Source: Phoronis australis
Taxonomy: Eukaryota > Animalia > Phoronida
Direction of reading: 5' to 3'
DNA: 64,000 nt
NCBI GenBank assembly: GCA_002633005.1
Contig: NMRA01000042.1
Coordinates: 1,247,019-1,311,018, forward strand
The notes under the pieces were generated by a model, which ran no database searches, was not told where the DNA came from, and saw only the letters and a program-made list of their open reading frames with translations. Positions 49,201 through 62,354 of the stretch are shown here, one piece after another. Each line of letters begins with the position of its first letter. Position 1 is the first letter of the stretch. Position numbers and translations under genes: made by a program.

Positions 49201-52200
49201 TCGCCGGTAGGAACCAAGAGCCAGAAGCTTTTGAGGTCACCCAGGAAGGTCAGTCTGGGGAAACGAGTCCAATGTACTACTTGGGTACATGGGAAGTGGT
49301 TTATATACAGTTGTTCATAGGCAGTGTAATTACAGTAGATTGGTTTGTTTGAGGTGAGTTATTTAGAAATATACTCCTGGAATTTGCCAGTTGCCAAATG
49401 TCGTGTTAAGGTTGTCTCAAACCGTATTCACAAAAATTGGCCGTTTTTACAATATTTCACATAATGTGTCTAGCACAATACCTTATCAACATTCTCGTGG
49501 ATCGTTAAATACAAAATATATATCGTGTAGTAAGAAAAAAGATTTAGCAGGACCACATTGGAACCGCACAACCGCGTAGAAATTTATGTAATACTTATCC
49601 GAGGTCAAACATTACAATACTGTCACTAAAATTGAATCTCCCACTAAGCATAGAGCAGCTCCATGTGTACCCTCTGCCCTTTCAATCACCAAGTCGCCAG
49701 AATATTGAGTCAATGAAGTGTAAATATCATAGAAAGGTGCCGGGAAAATGAAGATGAGACATAGTTTTGATCCTCGGGGAGTTGTGTATCTGCATGCATA
49801 CAGCTGTTGAGAATGAATGCTCCGAGTCGCCGCACACCTCTGTGACTGTGTTCACGAACACAACAAGTTGGGAAAAAAGATGAATCCTCACCCAAATTCA
49901 TGAATTGGATAGTTAATTTGACATTTATATCAGTCTCCTGGCGTGTGGCATATGTAACAATGAACTGTTGACCTACTTTTAAGTAGATCAACTGTTGACC
50001 CCCACCTGTCGGACTGGAGACGGTCACAAAATTAATGTTTTTGTGATAATAAAGTTAATTACGCACTGCCAATTCAGTTGACATTTCAAGTGACTGTTAT
50101 TAGCAAACATGGTTAAGGCATGTATAGGTTATGTTGACTGAAGTTTTCACCGAATAATACACGGAAGACCTTGAAATTTTCACGTCTCCCAATCTAATCA
50201 GCTTTTTTCGTCTCTGCCAAATTGACTTAATCTGAACTTAGGAACATGAGTTCTCGAAAACGGCTTGGTGGATTTCACTGAAACTTTCCAAATTTAATAT
50301 CTATTCATAAATCTCGAAAAATACTGTGATGATTTTTGATATAAAGGCCTAGTTTTTGCGTATTGTAACAAAGACAAATATGTTTGTTATTTCTTATAAA
50401 AAAATACCTTACCTTTTGTGAGTTGATTTGTTATAGAAACCAAACTAAAAGACTAATCGAAAATTCCTGATGTTTTCGAGGTAACTGGTGATTCAGAAGT
50501 TTTTATTCAATTCATTAAAATTGACTGAGGGGTTATTTACCTGTGAATGTATCTTTCTTTAAAGAATTGAATTTTGATTTAAAATAGGTGTTCATGTAAT
50601 AATGATGATGGCACATATATACTTTTACTAGTTGACAAAGCGTGGTTATTTTGGTGAACATGTTAGAATGGAGGCCACTAAATAAGGTTTGATATACAAG
50701 TTAGAATGGAGGCCGCTAAATAAGGTTTGAGATAACCTTAAGAATTGTGTGACTTTGTCATTAAAGCACTCAGTGTTTCATTCAAAACAAAATATAGATT
50801 AAAGGAAATTTTATGTGTTCACATATACATGTTAAAGCAAGAACTGTCGAAATTATCATAATGTAATCATTGCACCACGTGGACCAGAGGTTGCATGAAT
50901 CTTCAGAACTTGGTGGTAAGTCTGGTTGTTGCATGATATGATGCATTTGTTACCTATCATACAACATCAATGAATGCAGTTGGACTGTGTTGTTTTTAGG
51001 CAGTGCGAAAGATTTCCAAGATCCCATTTAAAGTGCTCGATGCTCCAGAGTTGCAAGATGACTTCTACCTGAATCTGGTTGACTGGTCATCACTAAACGT
51101 GCTCAGTGTGGGTCTAGGCACATGTGTCTACCTGTGGAGTGCTTGCACCAGTCAGGTAAGGCCCCGCCACGATTGCGGGTGTACCATACCCCCTTATCCA
51201 CAGGTAAGGCATTGTGTCAACACCCTGGGGTCACCCATGTCCGGCTCATCTCAACTGTGAGTTTGAATTGCTCTGGCACATGGAAATTTAAAACATTATT
51301 TAAGTTGAGGAAATGACTATTTTCCTTATTTCTTACCATAGTCAATTATGACTTGACTACTGTACAGTAGTAAATTTTCAAGATAGCTGCGTTGCACAGC
51401 GATCAAATCGTTGGTTGATAGGTGTTCTGCACCACCTACAGGTCCATGTAATGCAGATGCTAGGTTCCAACTTTTCCTGCTACCGTAATCCCAGAAAATT
51501 TCCGCTGCTGTGCGATGGGGTGTGCTTATGACTTAAGGAGAAGGCTAACCTCTTGAAATATTCGTGTATGAAGGGCAATCCTGTGCCATACACTTCCCAC
51601 TTCGAAGAAGAATCTGTGGCTATGAAGTTATTGGCCGCAGCTGATAACGTAGAAGAATTCTGATCACAGTCCGATGTCAAAAAGCTAAAATAAATTAGTG
51701 GACTTAGTGACCAAATCAAACAGTGGGAGGGACTGACAGTCTAATTTATTCCTTTGTTTTTAAATTAATTCACCATGTAGTAATTGAATTGCTGTCCACT
51801 GAATCTGAGTCGGGATCACGTGAAAGTTGCTTTTGCGCTCTTATTACTCTAGAGAGCGCAAATATGAAAAGTCGGCCATAAGATTGTAATGTTGGGGGTA
51901 GTTTGAATGACTGGTGCATCGAGATTTTTGAGGAAATTAGCAATTGTTTTAGGAGAAATTTACCCTTGAGGCTATTTATTGCCATTTAACACACAAAAGC
52001 AATGCGGTGTTGTCACAAATTTTCAGAACAACAAGAGCAGATAGAATTAGGGTGATGATATGCGTGTGCGCTTTATAGGCATAAGACTTTTAACTCAAAA
52101 TCTAGTGGCACAACTGTATAAAATTATTTTCTTTTCCCTAGGTGACCCGTCTGTGTGACCTCTCTGGCGATGGTGACTCAGTGACGTCTGTGGCCTGGGC

Positions 52201-54938
52201 AGAGCGTGGAAACTACGTGGCTGTGGGCACGCACAAGGGATATGTCCAGATCTGGGATATAGCTGCTACAAAGAAGGTTGTTGACCTTGATGGTCATTCA
52301 GCCAGAGTCGGTTAGTCTCACAACTTGGCCTTTGCTTTGTAATAGTATCTAGAAGTGCCAGCAACGCTTTATAAATCAAGTTTGAACAAAATGACCTAAC
52401 CAAGAGTGAACTTACAAATAACCCAGTAATGGGATATGTAATCACTGTGCAAGTCAACTTTATTTGGCCTAATTCTAGGTGCTCTTGCTTGGAATGCTGA
52501 TCTACTGTGTTCGGGCAGCCGTGACAGGTTGATCATACAAAGGGACATCAGAACTCCATCTGGTAGTCATAAGAAACTCTCTGGACACAGGCAAGAGGTG
52601 AGAACACAGGGGGTACTACCAAACTGTGGACTGAGTTGGCCTTGGTTAAAAACTTCTGCACAAATGCAAGCACATTTCATTTGGCTGTAGTGCCAGTTTT
52701 TGTCTTTGCATTCCGACCTCTACTAATGTCTACACACACACAGGCACACACGCACACGCACACACACACACACACAGTGTTCCCTCTTCTCCAACTGTCA
52801 TAACCGCTTTACCCATTTTGTCATAAGTCTGGTCATGGACTGATGATTGTGAACCAATATAGAAAATCTTGATCTGGTGTGATTATATGACGGTAACAAA
52901 GCTCTAACAAATAACAATAGCAGATTGTTTTGATTTATTGTATTGTGGGTATAGATGGACCAAAAATGCTGTAGCACAGAAAGTTTGTTAAAACCCAAAA
53001 AAGGCAGAAATACAGCCATCAATTTAATGTATGGAAAACTAACATACTAAAAATGAGGTGTCTCCACTTCTGAACAGTCAGCGTTCACAGTTAGTGACCA
53101 TCTTCGTGAATCTCATCTGAAGGCAGTATGTGCCAGTAGAAAGCTCTGGTTTCAATATTGAACTGAAACACATGTGTGCACACTTAGCACTTATCTATTC
53201 TTTAGGTGTGCGGCCTCAAGTGGTCACCTGATCACCAACACCTGGCCTCTGGTGGTAATGACAATAAGCTGCTGGTGTGGAACTCGTCCAGCACATCACC
53301 TGTACAGACGTACTCGGAGCACCTTGCAGCGGTCAAGGCAATCGCGTGGTCCCCCCACCAGCATGGGCTCCTGGCCAGCGGTGGCGGTACCGCTGACCGC
53401 TGCATACGCTTTTGGAACACATTGACAGGCCAGCCCCTACAGTACGTGGACACTGGTTCACAGGTGTGCAACCTGGCATGGTCGAAGCATGCGAATGAAC
53501 TGGTATGTCAATCTTGGGTATCACTCATGTTTTGTTGCAAACAGTGTTGCACAAATTTAAAATGAGAAACAGTAAAGCGTATATGAATATGACACAAATG
53601 TGTTGGTAGTGTGTAACTAGGTCATTGAGGAAACCCTTTGACCCTGTCTACTCCTCTTCCTGTTGTAGGTGAGCACCCATGGCTACTCTCAGAACCAGAT
53701 CCTGGTGTGGAAGTACCCTTCACTGGTGCAGATAGCAAAGCTGACCGGCCACTCCTACAGGGTCCTGTACCTGGTGAGTCCAGTCTGTCTGTGCTGACCA
53801 TACCAGAAGGCTTGCAGATAGCTTATTACAAATGTGCATGACAGACTCTGGTGTTGTTGGTTAATTTCCACCAAAAAGCAGTCACCACTGTGTGTCAATT
53901 TCCCAGGAGCGTGGAAAAACAATTTACTTTGAAATTTCCAATTTTCGGCTCATCTCTTGTGTTTTGCTTCTAAATGAAGATTAGAATATTTATCATTCCT
54001 TTTACATGAGCAGGGCTTCAGCCTGCCGATATTCCAGAGGAAGCGGCCTGTCTGTTTGTCACTGGGTCGCAATCAGTCAGCAATCTGTTTCGCATATCCA
54101 ATATGCCCAAATTGTGTCCTTGAAATCCTTATTGGCAGTGGTTACAAATCATTTTTACATTCATTGGATTTGATCATACATTTATTTCGAACATCGGCTG
54201 AAGATGCATTACGTTTATGGAGGATCTCATTGAGAAGTCTGCATAGATTATTAAATAACCAAATATCTACTGTAACAAAACTAAAGATTTTAACTCAGTA
54301 AAAGTATGTATTTTCTGAAAGTAGAAAACTCCTAGAATTTGATTTTTCTCTTTAATTAAAATATTTCTGAGCAAAACAGAAAGGCATGTTGACAGCAAGA
54401 CATCGTCAATAAACACGATTAAATTTATTTCATTTAAATGTTCAAGATGAGATCTAAAAAATGCTGTGTTGCAGTTTTCTTAAATATCATTGTGGTTTTG
54501 CTTTATGTAATTTTTTTTCATGAAAATAATAACAGTCATATTTTTGATAGCCATTCATGGAAAAGTGGAACATTTTAAAAACAATTCATGTGTTTTAGAG
54601 AACACTGAAAAGCTCAGTATCTGAAAGTTTAATTTCATGTGAATCTGATCTGTCATTTCTGAGATGCGATGTTCCGAAGTTAGCCAAGTTTGAACATTTG
54701 TCTAGGATCCCACATAACCTCAGCATGCAAGCTGTTTTGCAGTGTAGCAGTTTACACTTGCACCTGACTTACACTTGTCAACATCTTCACTTTGTGGTTC
54801 CAGGCCATGTCACCAGATGGCGAGGCGATCGTGACGGGTGCAGGCGATGAGACATTGCGTTTCTGGAATGTATTCAGCAAGACAAGGTCGACTAAAGAGT
54901 CGCAGTCCGTGCTAAACCTGTTCAACCGCATTAGGTGA
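46241..54938 (+). CDS. FZR1: Fizzy-related protein / Cdh1, APC/C co-activator
   Basis: 10 coding exons: 46241-46309, 47427-47531, 48371-48499, 49087-49248, 51000-51155, 52142-52310, 52479-52597, 53206-53502, 53669-53773, 54804-54938. N-terminal YEKRLLRQ, C-box [40 protein letters not shown]40 repeats, C-terminal IR tail (FNRIR*). Confidence 0.98.
47054..47200. repeat. Minisatellite, 29-bp unit x about 5
   Basis: Unit ATTGYGAATGTGATGTGACACTACAGTCT in the FZR1 intron after the first coding exon. Confidence 0.9.
50661..50735. repeat. Local direct duplication, about 38 bp x 2
   Basis: GTTAGAATGGAGGCCRCTAAATAAGGTTTGA occurs twice in tandem. Confidence 0.85.
52731..52776. repeat. (CA)n microsatellite, interrupted
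   Basis: Direct reading. Confidence 0.95.
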
Positions 54939-57414
54939 AGGTTGCAGTCCAACATGGGAGATTATGATTTGATAGTGCTGTTGCAATATTTTGGTAGGGA
55001 GTGGACGTTTTGTCTTTATAGCTTCAAGCTTGATGTTACTGTTCAATTTTGAAAGTGACAAAGGCTTTTCACTAAAACAAAGATAAATCATGCAAAGAAA
55101 TTGGAGAATTCACATTGTTGACCTAAATCAAGGCAGTTTTTGGGATGTTAACTTATTTTGTAAACGGTAGTTTTAGTTGGTAAAATGTTCCCCTTTTGGT
55201 AAATGCCAAAATCACATTTTAAAGAGAGCTTTAGATGAACTCCTTCATTTTGATAAGCTGTTTATTTTGACTGCGTTGTCATACGTTGTTATGTTGTTGG
55301 AAGTGATGTTGTTTTGATCCGTTGTTATTGTTGTACGATTCAATCTCAAATTGTTCGGCATCATTTTGTCAGAAAACCAAGTTTGGCGATCTGTGCAGCC
55401 AGGTCAGACTGTCTGTTACTGGGGTACAAGTTTGTCATTTGAAGTGTAGTTACCAAAATTTGTTCCCTAGTGGCTGTGTCCAAAAATGTCTATATCAGCC
55501 ACCGGTGTCTCATGTCAAGTTAGACTCGATTCAGTAGTATCCTAAAAACTCTCCCGATGGATCCTAAATCCGAGGGCCAGATCTCTAAACCCAACGGCCA
55601 GACTCTGCAAACATCATGGTCGGAGATCAGGTAGTCTCCTCGTAGTACTGTGACTCACGGCTGATAGTGCCTCAATTACATAATGCTGCTGACGTTGATT
55701 TGACAAGTTTTGCAGCAGAGAAGTGCTTATATTGGCTGACAGACAGTCAACTGTCATGAGTGCCAGCTGTGTGTAAAGGTATATCACCTAATGCTACTAT
55801 TGATCTAATGGAAAGTCATGCAGTCGTGTTGGGTGTCGGAATAACACTCAATCGGCAGGATAAGCCGAGCACTGACCGATATGTGAATAAGGTATATAGG
55901 CCAGAGAAAGGTTTTCAGCCACTGAATTGGTCCTTCACTTTGCAGTGGCTCTAAGTGTGTAACTAACGACTATCTATTGCTGTTAGGCTATGCAAAGTTT
56001 GTGCTATGAAACGTTTGAGACTGTTTGCAATCATCGCTATGTTTATGAATCAACGGCATGTTTTTGGTGATGAGGGATCAAGTCTTTCTTCTGGATTCGT
56101 CATTATAGAACTGGCGATGCAAAAAGAAAAAATTCAACAATCAATCAGTACTTTCTTTTTCTTTAATAATGTAATACTTACAATAAGGGAACCCCGGTCA
56201 GTTCACACTGCTTTCCAAGGGGCCCTCAAAATATGGATGTAGCATTGTTCACGATATTATAAAAATGTATATTTATTTTGTCACATCAGTGTGATAACGG
56301 CACTTATAGCGTACAAGTTTCATTTATGCAAGCCTGTAAAATGTCAAAATGTTTGTACACTTGTGAAAATGGCGATAATTGTAAACGGTCCTTTTAGTTG
56401 AGGAAAAAGTTTGTGTTTGTGTACAGTCAGTCACTGGGTGTCAGAAGCTGACTTCTACAGGATAGCGTTGGATGTCGAGAACATAATTTTGTTCTATTTA
56501 TGTTTTTGTACATACTTATTTAACTTGAATATTGTTGAGGATGGTCTAATATTAATAAAATTATCAATTTGACAATTGTTTAATTAAAAAAAGTTGCATC
56601 AACAATACCTAGCATAAAAACAATAACCATTAATGGACAGCGTTACAGCAATCACCCCCCCCTCAAGACTTTCCTAAAATGTTTGTTGTAATTAGTAAGT
56701 TTTAACAGCTTGTATTCAGTAGTTGGCTTGGGACTTAGGGAATCGCTCTACACGAGCGAACGTCATAAATATCGGTTTGATTTGACTTCAATTGGTGAAT
56801 GTGAAATGTTAGTGAAAATTGTCAATGGATGACGAAGCAAAGGAAAAAATTACGCTTGCTGACTTCATGGCAATTTATCAAAAAGCTTGAAACCTTTTTG
56901 TTTAACTCAAAATTTGATAGGTAAACTGTGTCACTGAATTCGAAAGTAACCTGTTGTTTTTAAATTGATACAGCTAAACACAAGAATGCCAAGCCAAAAA
57001 CTGGCAAAAATGCATGTTACATTTATTTAGGATGCAAAGTATTACAAAACCATGATATTTTAAACAGTGCAACAGCAATAACAGTCTACAAAATAGTTGT
57101 ATGAAATATGTGACCATCTACCTAAAGTGGTATCATAGTCAAAACTGAGATGGTGATTACAGAATGGATCATTACTCAAAACCTTGCAAATGAACAACAG
57201 TGTGACACCAATGTAACAGTACAAAGCAACACCAGTGACTGATGAATGTAGAGTACAGGCCTTTGTACATACAGGAACATTAAATAAATTCAAATAGAAA
57301 CTAATTTCCAGTCCCTTCTGGAACTCGGTCTCAAGTTCCCACACATCACCCACTGGTGGCCACAAGTAGATTTCTCTTGTCACTAAGTCAGCCCAGACTT
57401 GCAACACAGACAGG

Positions 57415-57672
57415 CTAGTCTTCCGGCCTTTCTGGAGGAGGTCCGCATGGCTGCAACATCTTCTCCATTAAACTAAATCTCACTCTCGCCTTGGATTCGT
57501 TCTCGGCTATGCTGAAGTAATTGAGCATATCAAACTGTCCCATGTACGCCGTGTTACTGTCACGGTGTTGATTGGTCATCCACTCCCATTTGTTGGTGTC
57601 CGCATGACCTGTACCGATGTACTTGGACTGGAGGTGTTCCAGCTGTGAGTGAATGTTGTACCTGTCACCCAT
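57415..57672 (-). CDS. SF3B5: Splicing factor 3B subunit 5 (SF3b10)
   Basis: Intronless 85-aa CDS MGDRYNIHSQLEHLQSKYIGTGHAD...MEKMLQPCGPPP; an acceptor TTTCAG just upstream (about 57682) indicates a 5'-UTR intron. Confidence 0.98.
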   Translation of the reverse strand: MGDRYNIHSQLEHLQSKYIGTGHADTNKWEWMTNQHRDSNTAYMGQFDMLNYFSIAENESKARVRFSLMEKMLQPCGPPPERPED

Positions 57673-60600
57673 GCTGCCCACCTGAAACAATGGTTGACAA
57701 TGTCAGTAAATGAGTCTGTCAAATCACTCCACTTCATGACATGCCAACAATTACAACTCCCAATACAAACAAACAGGTGCGGATATGTTACAATTGAATT
57801 TACGCTATATAAAATGGAATTTAGTGCATAAAAGTCAGACAAAATATGACGTACAATTAAAGTATTCGCTCTCACCAAATTATGCAGCAACGTTGCAAGT
57901 CTGTCAAAAACGAAACACTGGCTATTTTAGTATTTCACTCCTCTGCTAACTGGTTTCATTTTGTGCATTGCTCATCTCAACAAAAAGACGGTGTCCCTAG
58001 TTAAGAGCTTGAATCCTACAGACAGTCAGTGTCGTGTGAAAGCTTTAATGACAACAAACCACAAGCTATGCCTTTACACAACATAACCAATTATTAAATA
58101 TACTTTTCTGAGTAAGACAAGTATGTTGTCTCATTTTTAAAGCCAAATACAGCAGGTAAAATTTCAGCCTCTTGTCTCTTTGAGATAATTAGAGGTTAAC
58201 CTAAAGACCTGAGGCTCCATCACGAGATCAGTTTCTGAGAATTACACTTCAAGATTTGCTAAAACAATACAATTAATCAAGAAGTAGAAAATAAGGGGAA
58301 TATGTTTTGAAAACGCATTCTGACTACGTATTCTTGCAATGAAACAGTACCAAGACCGTTCCAAGCACAGGTTTCAATCAATGAGGGGGGCTAAACCCAG
58401 CAGAAGCAAAGCTAAGGCATCCATACAACATACAATGCAAGAAAACCCTGCGAATGTACGAACGACAGACACAAACTGTTGACCTATAGGTCTTCAAAAA
58501 CTGACCCATGGCCATAGGCATAGACTTAGTTTGAGGCCCTGGGCTGTGGGTCAATTGACCCATAGATTCTTTTTTCTAAACTGAACGCTGTTACAGCCTA
58601 TGCGTACATGCACCATTTCAGCATTTTAAGGTTGGTCAACCTCAAACTCTGGAGCTTCACAGTATCTTCTGAGCCAGGTAAAGACGGTGGTCACAAGTCT
58701 TTTTAGCCATGCCAGCCGCCGATGTTCACAACACAAGACTTGAGTCGAAGACAGAACTGAACAAATTGGAACTAGTCTACTCTATAATCCACAACCAGCA
58801 ATTCAAGCAAAACCAAAGTGGATAGTAGTGTAAAATTTTACATGATTATCAATAACCGATAAGTGTAAACGCCATCAAAATTCATTAGATCGTACTTTAA
58901 TTTGTGCCTGTCTCTTCTCCACAAGCTCGTAGAAACAAGATGGCTACTTTAAATACAAGGGTGCCACCTGGTGATGAAAGAATGTTAGTGCAGTGGTGCA
59001 GCTGGTCAAAGACCGCAGCGTCTTTGAGCTGGTGAGTGAACTTGGAATAATTATTCCAATTTCACGCAAGTGATCTTGAGATTAAGCAAGCGTTTGCGAC
59101 ATTTAGTGTGAAGCTGATAAGTAGTGGACACGAATTTGTTTGTCGTGAGTTAATGTATCTGTTTTAATTATTTTTATTGCCCTCTGTATGTTATTCTGGG
59201 TGTTACGGTATTTGTTTCCAAAGGTGGCTTGACTAGGATGGTTGGGTGGGTTACTGGCGACCTGGGACCTTTGCAATGAAAAGGATTAAGAGCTAGGTCG
59301 GATACAATGAATAACAGTAGGCCTACCTACCGTACCGAGAGGGTTTTGCATTGAACAGTTTGTCATGCCCGCGGGTTGTACCTGCCACCTCATCCACCCG
59401 TGTGACGTGAGTGCTTAGACTCTGAGCTTGCCTAAGTTGCAATTTGCTCGTAATTGGCGGAAGTGTTTTCATTTTATATCTAACTTATGACACCCTGTCG
59501 TCAAATCCTTTCTTATCTGATTAAGGAAGAAATTCAGATAACACTTGTTGATTAAAAGTGTCAAGTTATTTTTGGCAAAACTAGTAAAGTGGAATTCAGA
59601 TTTTCATTTTTAAACGTGCAATTTAATGAATATTAGTTTTTCACTGGTACTGCAGTATGCTGTGTGATGTCATCAGGTCTAAATATTGATGACAATCAGA
59701 CATTATTTACAGAACACAACTCTCTGAGGTTCTGCTGACAGGTTTTGAATGTTCTCATATAGATGATTAGACTTTTCTGGCCCCATGCCGGCTACATATT
59801 TTTACCTTTCTGAGCTCAGTACAGACCCACGTGACAATACGCCAATGTATGTATCGTCAGGTACAACCGTTCCGATTTTCAAAAGGAAAAACAGCACAAA
59901 GCAGAACGAACAGCCTTGATTTCTATAGCTAGGCTAACAAGATTGGCCTCCGAAGAGACTAAATTTATCACTCGAACTGATTTGCCTTTTGAAGTAGCCT
60001 AACACTCCGCGGACGGTTTGTAGCACTCGCAAGTTTTGGAATAACCACTCGAATAACTGTAATTTCATCTTGTTTACTTTCTCTCAACTTCTTTGTCAAG
60101 GAGGAAAAAAATAAGAGCGCCGGACCAAATGTATTGTATGATTGTATTGTGTTATAGTACTTGACTTTAATATGACGCCAGGTCATACTGCTGAGCTTGG
60201 GACAAATAATGTACAATAGGTGTCACTGGCATCCGACTCGAAATTCATCATGAAATGTCGTAAGGTATCAATGTAGTCGGGTTTAACAAAAATGCATGCA
60301 TCGATACCTAATGTACCGTAAGTTTTGTGCGTATTAAAGCTTATATGTTTTTATGTCTAAAATAATGTTTTTAAAACAATTTTTGCTCAAGTAAGTCAAA
60401 CGTATAGGCTCCTGCGCCTAAACTTAGCTCACAGGCGCACGCCGCGGCTAACCGACGTATATGTGCGTGTCTTACCAACTAGTACAGGGTGCTTTTGGTG
60501 TCTGCATCATTTCTTTTCATTGAAATATTTAACGTTAGCATATCAGTTTCTATAACTCTATCGTTTTGCAAGTTTATTCACACTGGCCTTTGCCCTCATA

Positions 60601-61406
60601 TTCCGAATATGCACTTGTACACAAACAGGTATAGTTCCACTGGTCAAATTTTTCATACAATAACACGACTTTACTTGCACGCTTTCAGCTGTTTGAGTGC
60701 GCATCGATTTCCATGGATTTCTATTCAAGCCGTTGGTTGTCACGTTTTTTCTTAGTGTTCAAGTGTTTTGCACGAACGCATGCCTCAAATATTTTTGTTA
60801 GAATAAATCAAGTGGCGTCCCGTCAAACTTTTTAGACCCGTTTCGTTGAAACAAAATTTCCTGTAAGATAAAGACCGACCTTCACACACATGCTTCCCAT
60901 GCAGCATAAATGCGGTACATTTCTATTCAGGTTGAACGTCAGGATTGAACTGAGGAAACGGCTGTTCGCTGAATTTTGAGCCCAGCCTTTATTTTAGCAA
61001 AACCAATGAATAGGCCGAACAGGATTCTGCGTTCCAACATTCCCTGTAATGCATGGGGTAACACTTTGTGAGTTGCTAGTGTCGTGTTTGAAACATATGG
61101 AAACCAAAGTAGTTTCTATCGATAGCTGCAATATTTTTGATTTAAAGCTATTGGCCAACGTGATTGCAGAATGTTTACTGTCGCTGTGTCGGCTGGTAAA
61201 AAAAACATATGATGCATAGCCAATCTTGCAACGTTGTGAAAATGATATAACAACCACTATACATGCACGAACATGAATACTTATTCATTGTCGCTGAGAA
61301 ATTTTAGTACAAAACAATATTCTTAAAAGTGTCAAAACGACAATGAGCATTGCTTCAACACATAATTCCTGTAGGAGCTACATCAAAACCCACAGATTAA
61401 CGGCGG

Positions 61407-62354
61407 CTAGACACGATTTTGCTTGGCCGTTCCAACGAAGTCATCTTGGCGTGGAGGCTCTCGCCTTCTTCCTATGGTGGTGTAAGGGCCGCTAGTAGGA
61501 TACACCCCTGCCCTCCAATCCATCTCTCCTCTCATGGAGAATCTGTTAGCGAGATCGACGGATCCGTTGGTTGCAGCAAAGTTCCATTGACCCCCGCCGC
61601 CAGACTGCGCAGGCTGCTGCCAGACTTCTAAAGGTGACCATCCCAGATTAGACGGAGCGATACCCACGGAGCTGAAAACAGGAGGAGGGAACCGAGGACA
61701 AACTTGGAACGCTGAGCTCACCGTTGCGGAGGTAGACGGCTCTGAAATTAAGAGAGGTCTGAAATGAAAAGTAAGACACCATGTCTTTTTGACGACAGAA
61801 ATGTCACCTCAGAGGAATTAACGGTAATTTGGACCTCCAGACTCCACATGGAAAACCCAGTTCAAATCCTGACCTCGCTGGCAGACTATTGAGTATTGCA
61901 CAAAAATGTCTCCTACTCCTTGAACTTCCTCACAGTTGTGAATGAGAAACTGGATAAAACATGAAAAGCTATTTCCCAGATGTGGTATTAAATATTTATT
62001 TTCAAAAAACAGAAGTCTTCGCAGGCATTTGTGGACTTAAGTATAATATGAAAAATTCGTTTTCAAAATTGCGAAGGCATATATAGCTCTTGACTTCATG
62101 AATTAAAGGAGAAGTTATGCCCGAGGCTACACACCTCTGCCACCTCGTGCCATAGACTCGTCTTGTTCCTGTCGTCGACGTAGAGCTATCTGTTTGGCCA
62201 TAACCGACTGGCGGATGGCTATAAGTGTACACTTGGAACACTGGCACTCCTTAAACACGCAGAATCTCTTGTGGCCTTTCAATACACGAATTTCACCGTG
62301 GTTACGACAGCGTGCGCACTTGGGGACCCGTGATTTTGGTTTGTTGTCATCCAT
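61407..62354 (-). CDS. DM-domain (doublesex/mab-3 related, Dmrt) transcription factor, about 184 aa, subfamily unassigned
   Basis: Exon 62354-62135 encodes [12 protein letters not shown]...[36 protein letters not shown] (complete intertwined zinc-binding DM domain); phase-1 intron to exon 61741-61407, which is open to TAG. Start codon assumes the upstream exon is non-coding. Confidence 0.9.
61805..61980 (+). mobile_element. tRNA-derived SINE family S2, copy 2 (in the Dmrt intron)
   Basis: B box AGTTCAAATCC and body blocks shared with 10870-11045. Confidence 0.6.

Noticed and set aside
54939-57414. Overlapping 3' UTRs of convergent FZR1 and SF3B5
   Set aside because: Candidate poly(A) signals (plus at about 56554, minus at about 57022) leave a gap, so overlap is not supported by sequence alone.
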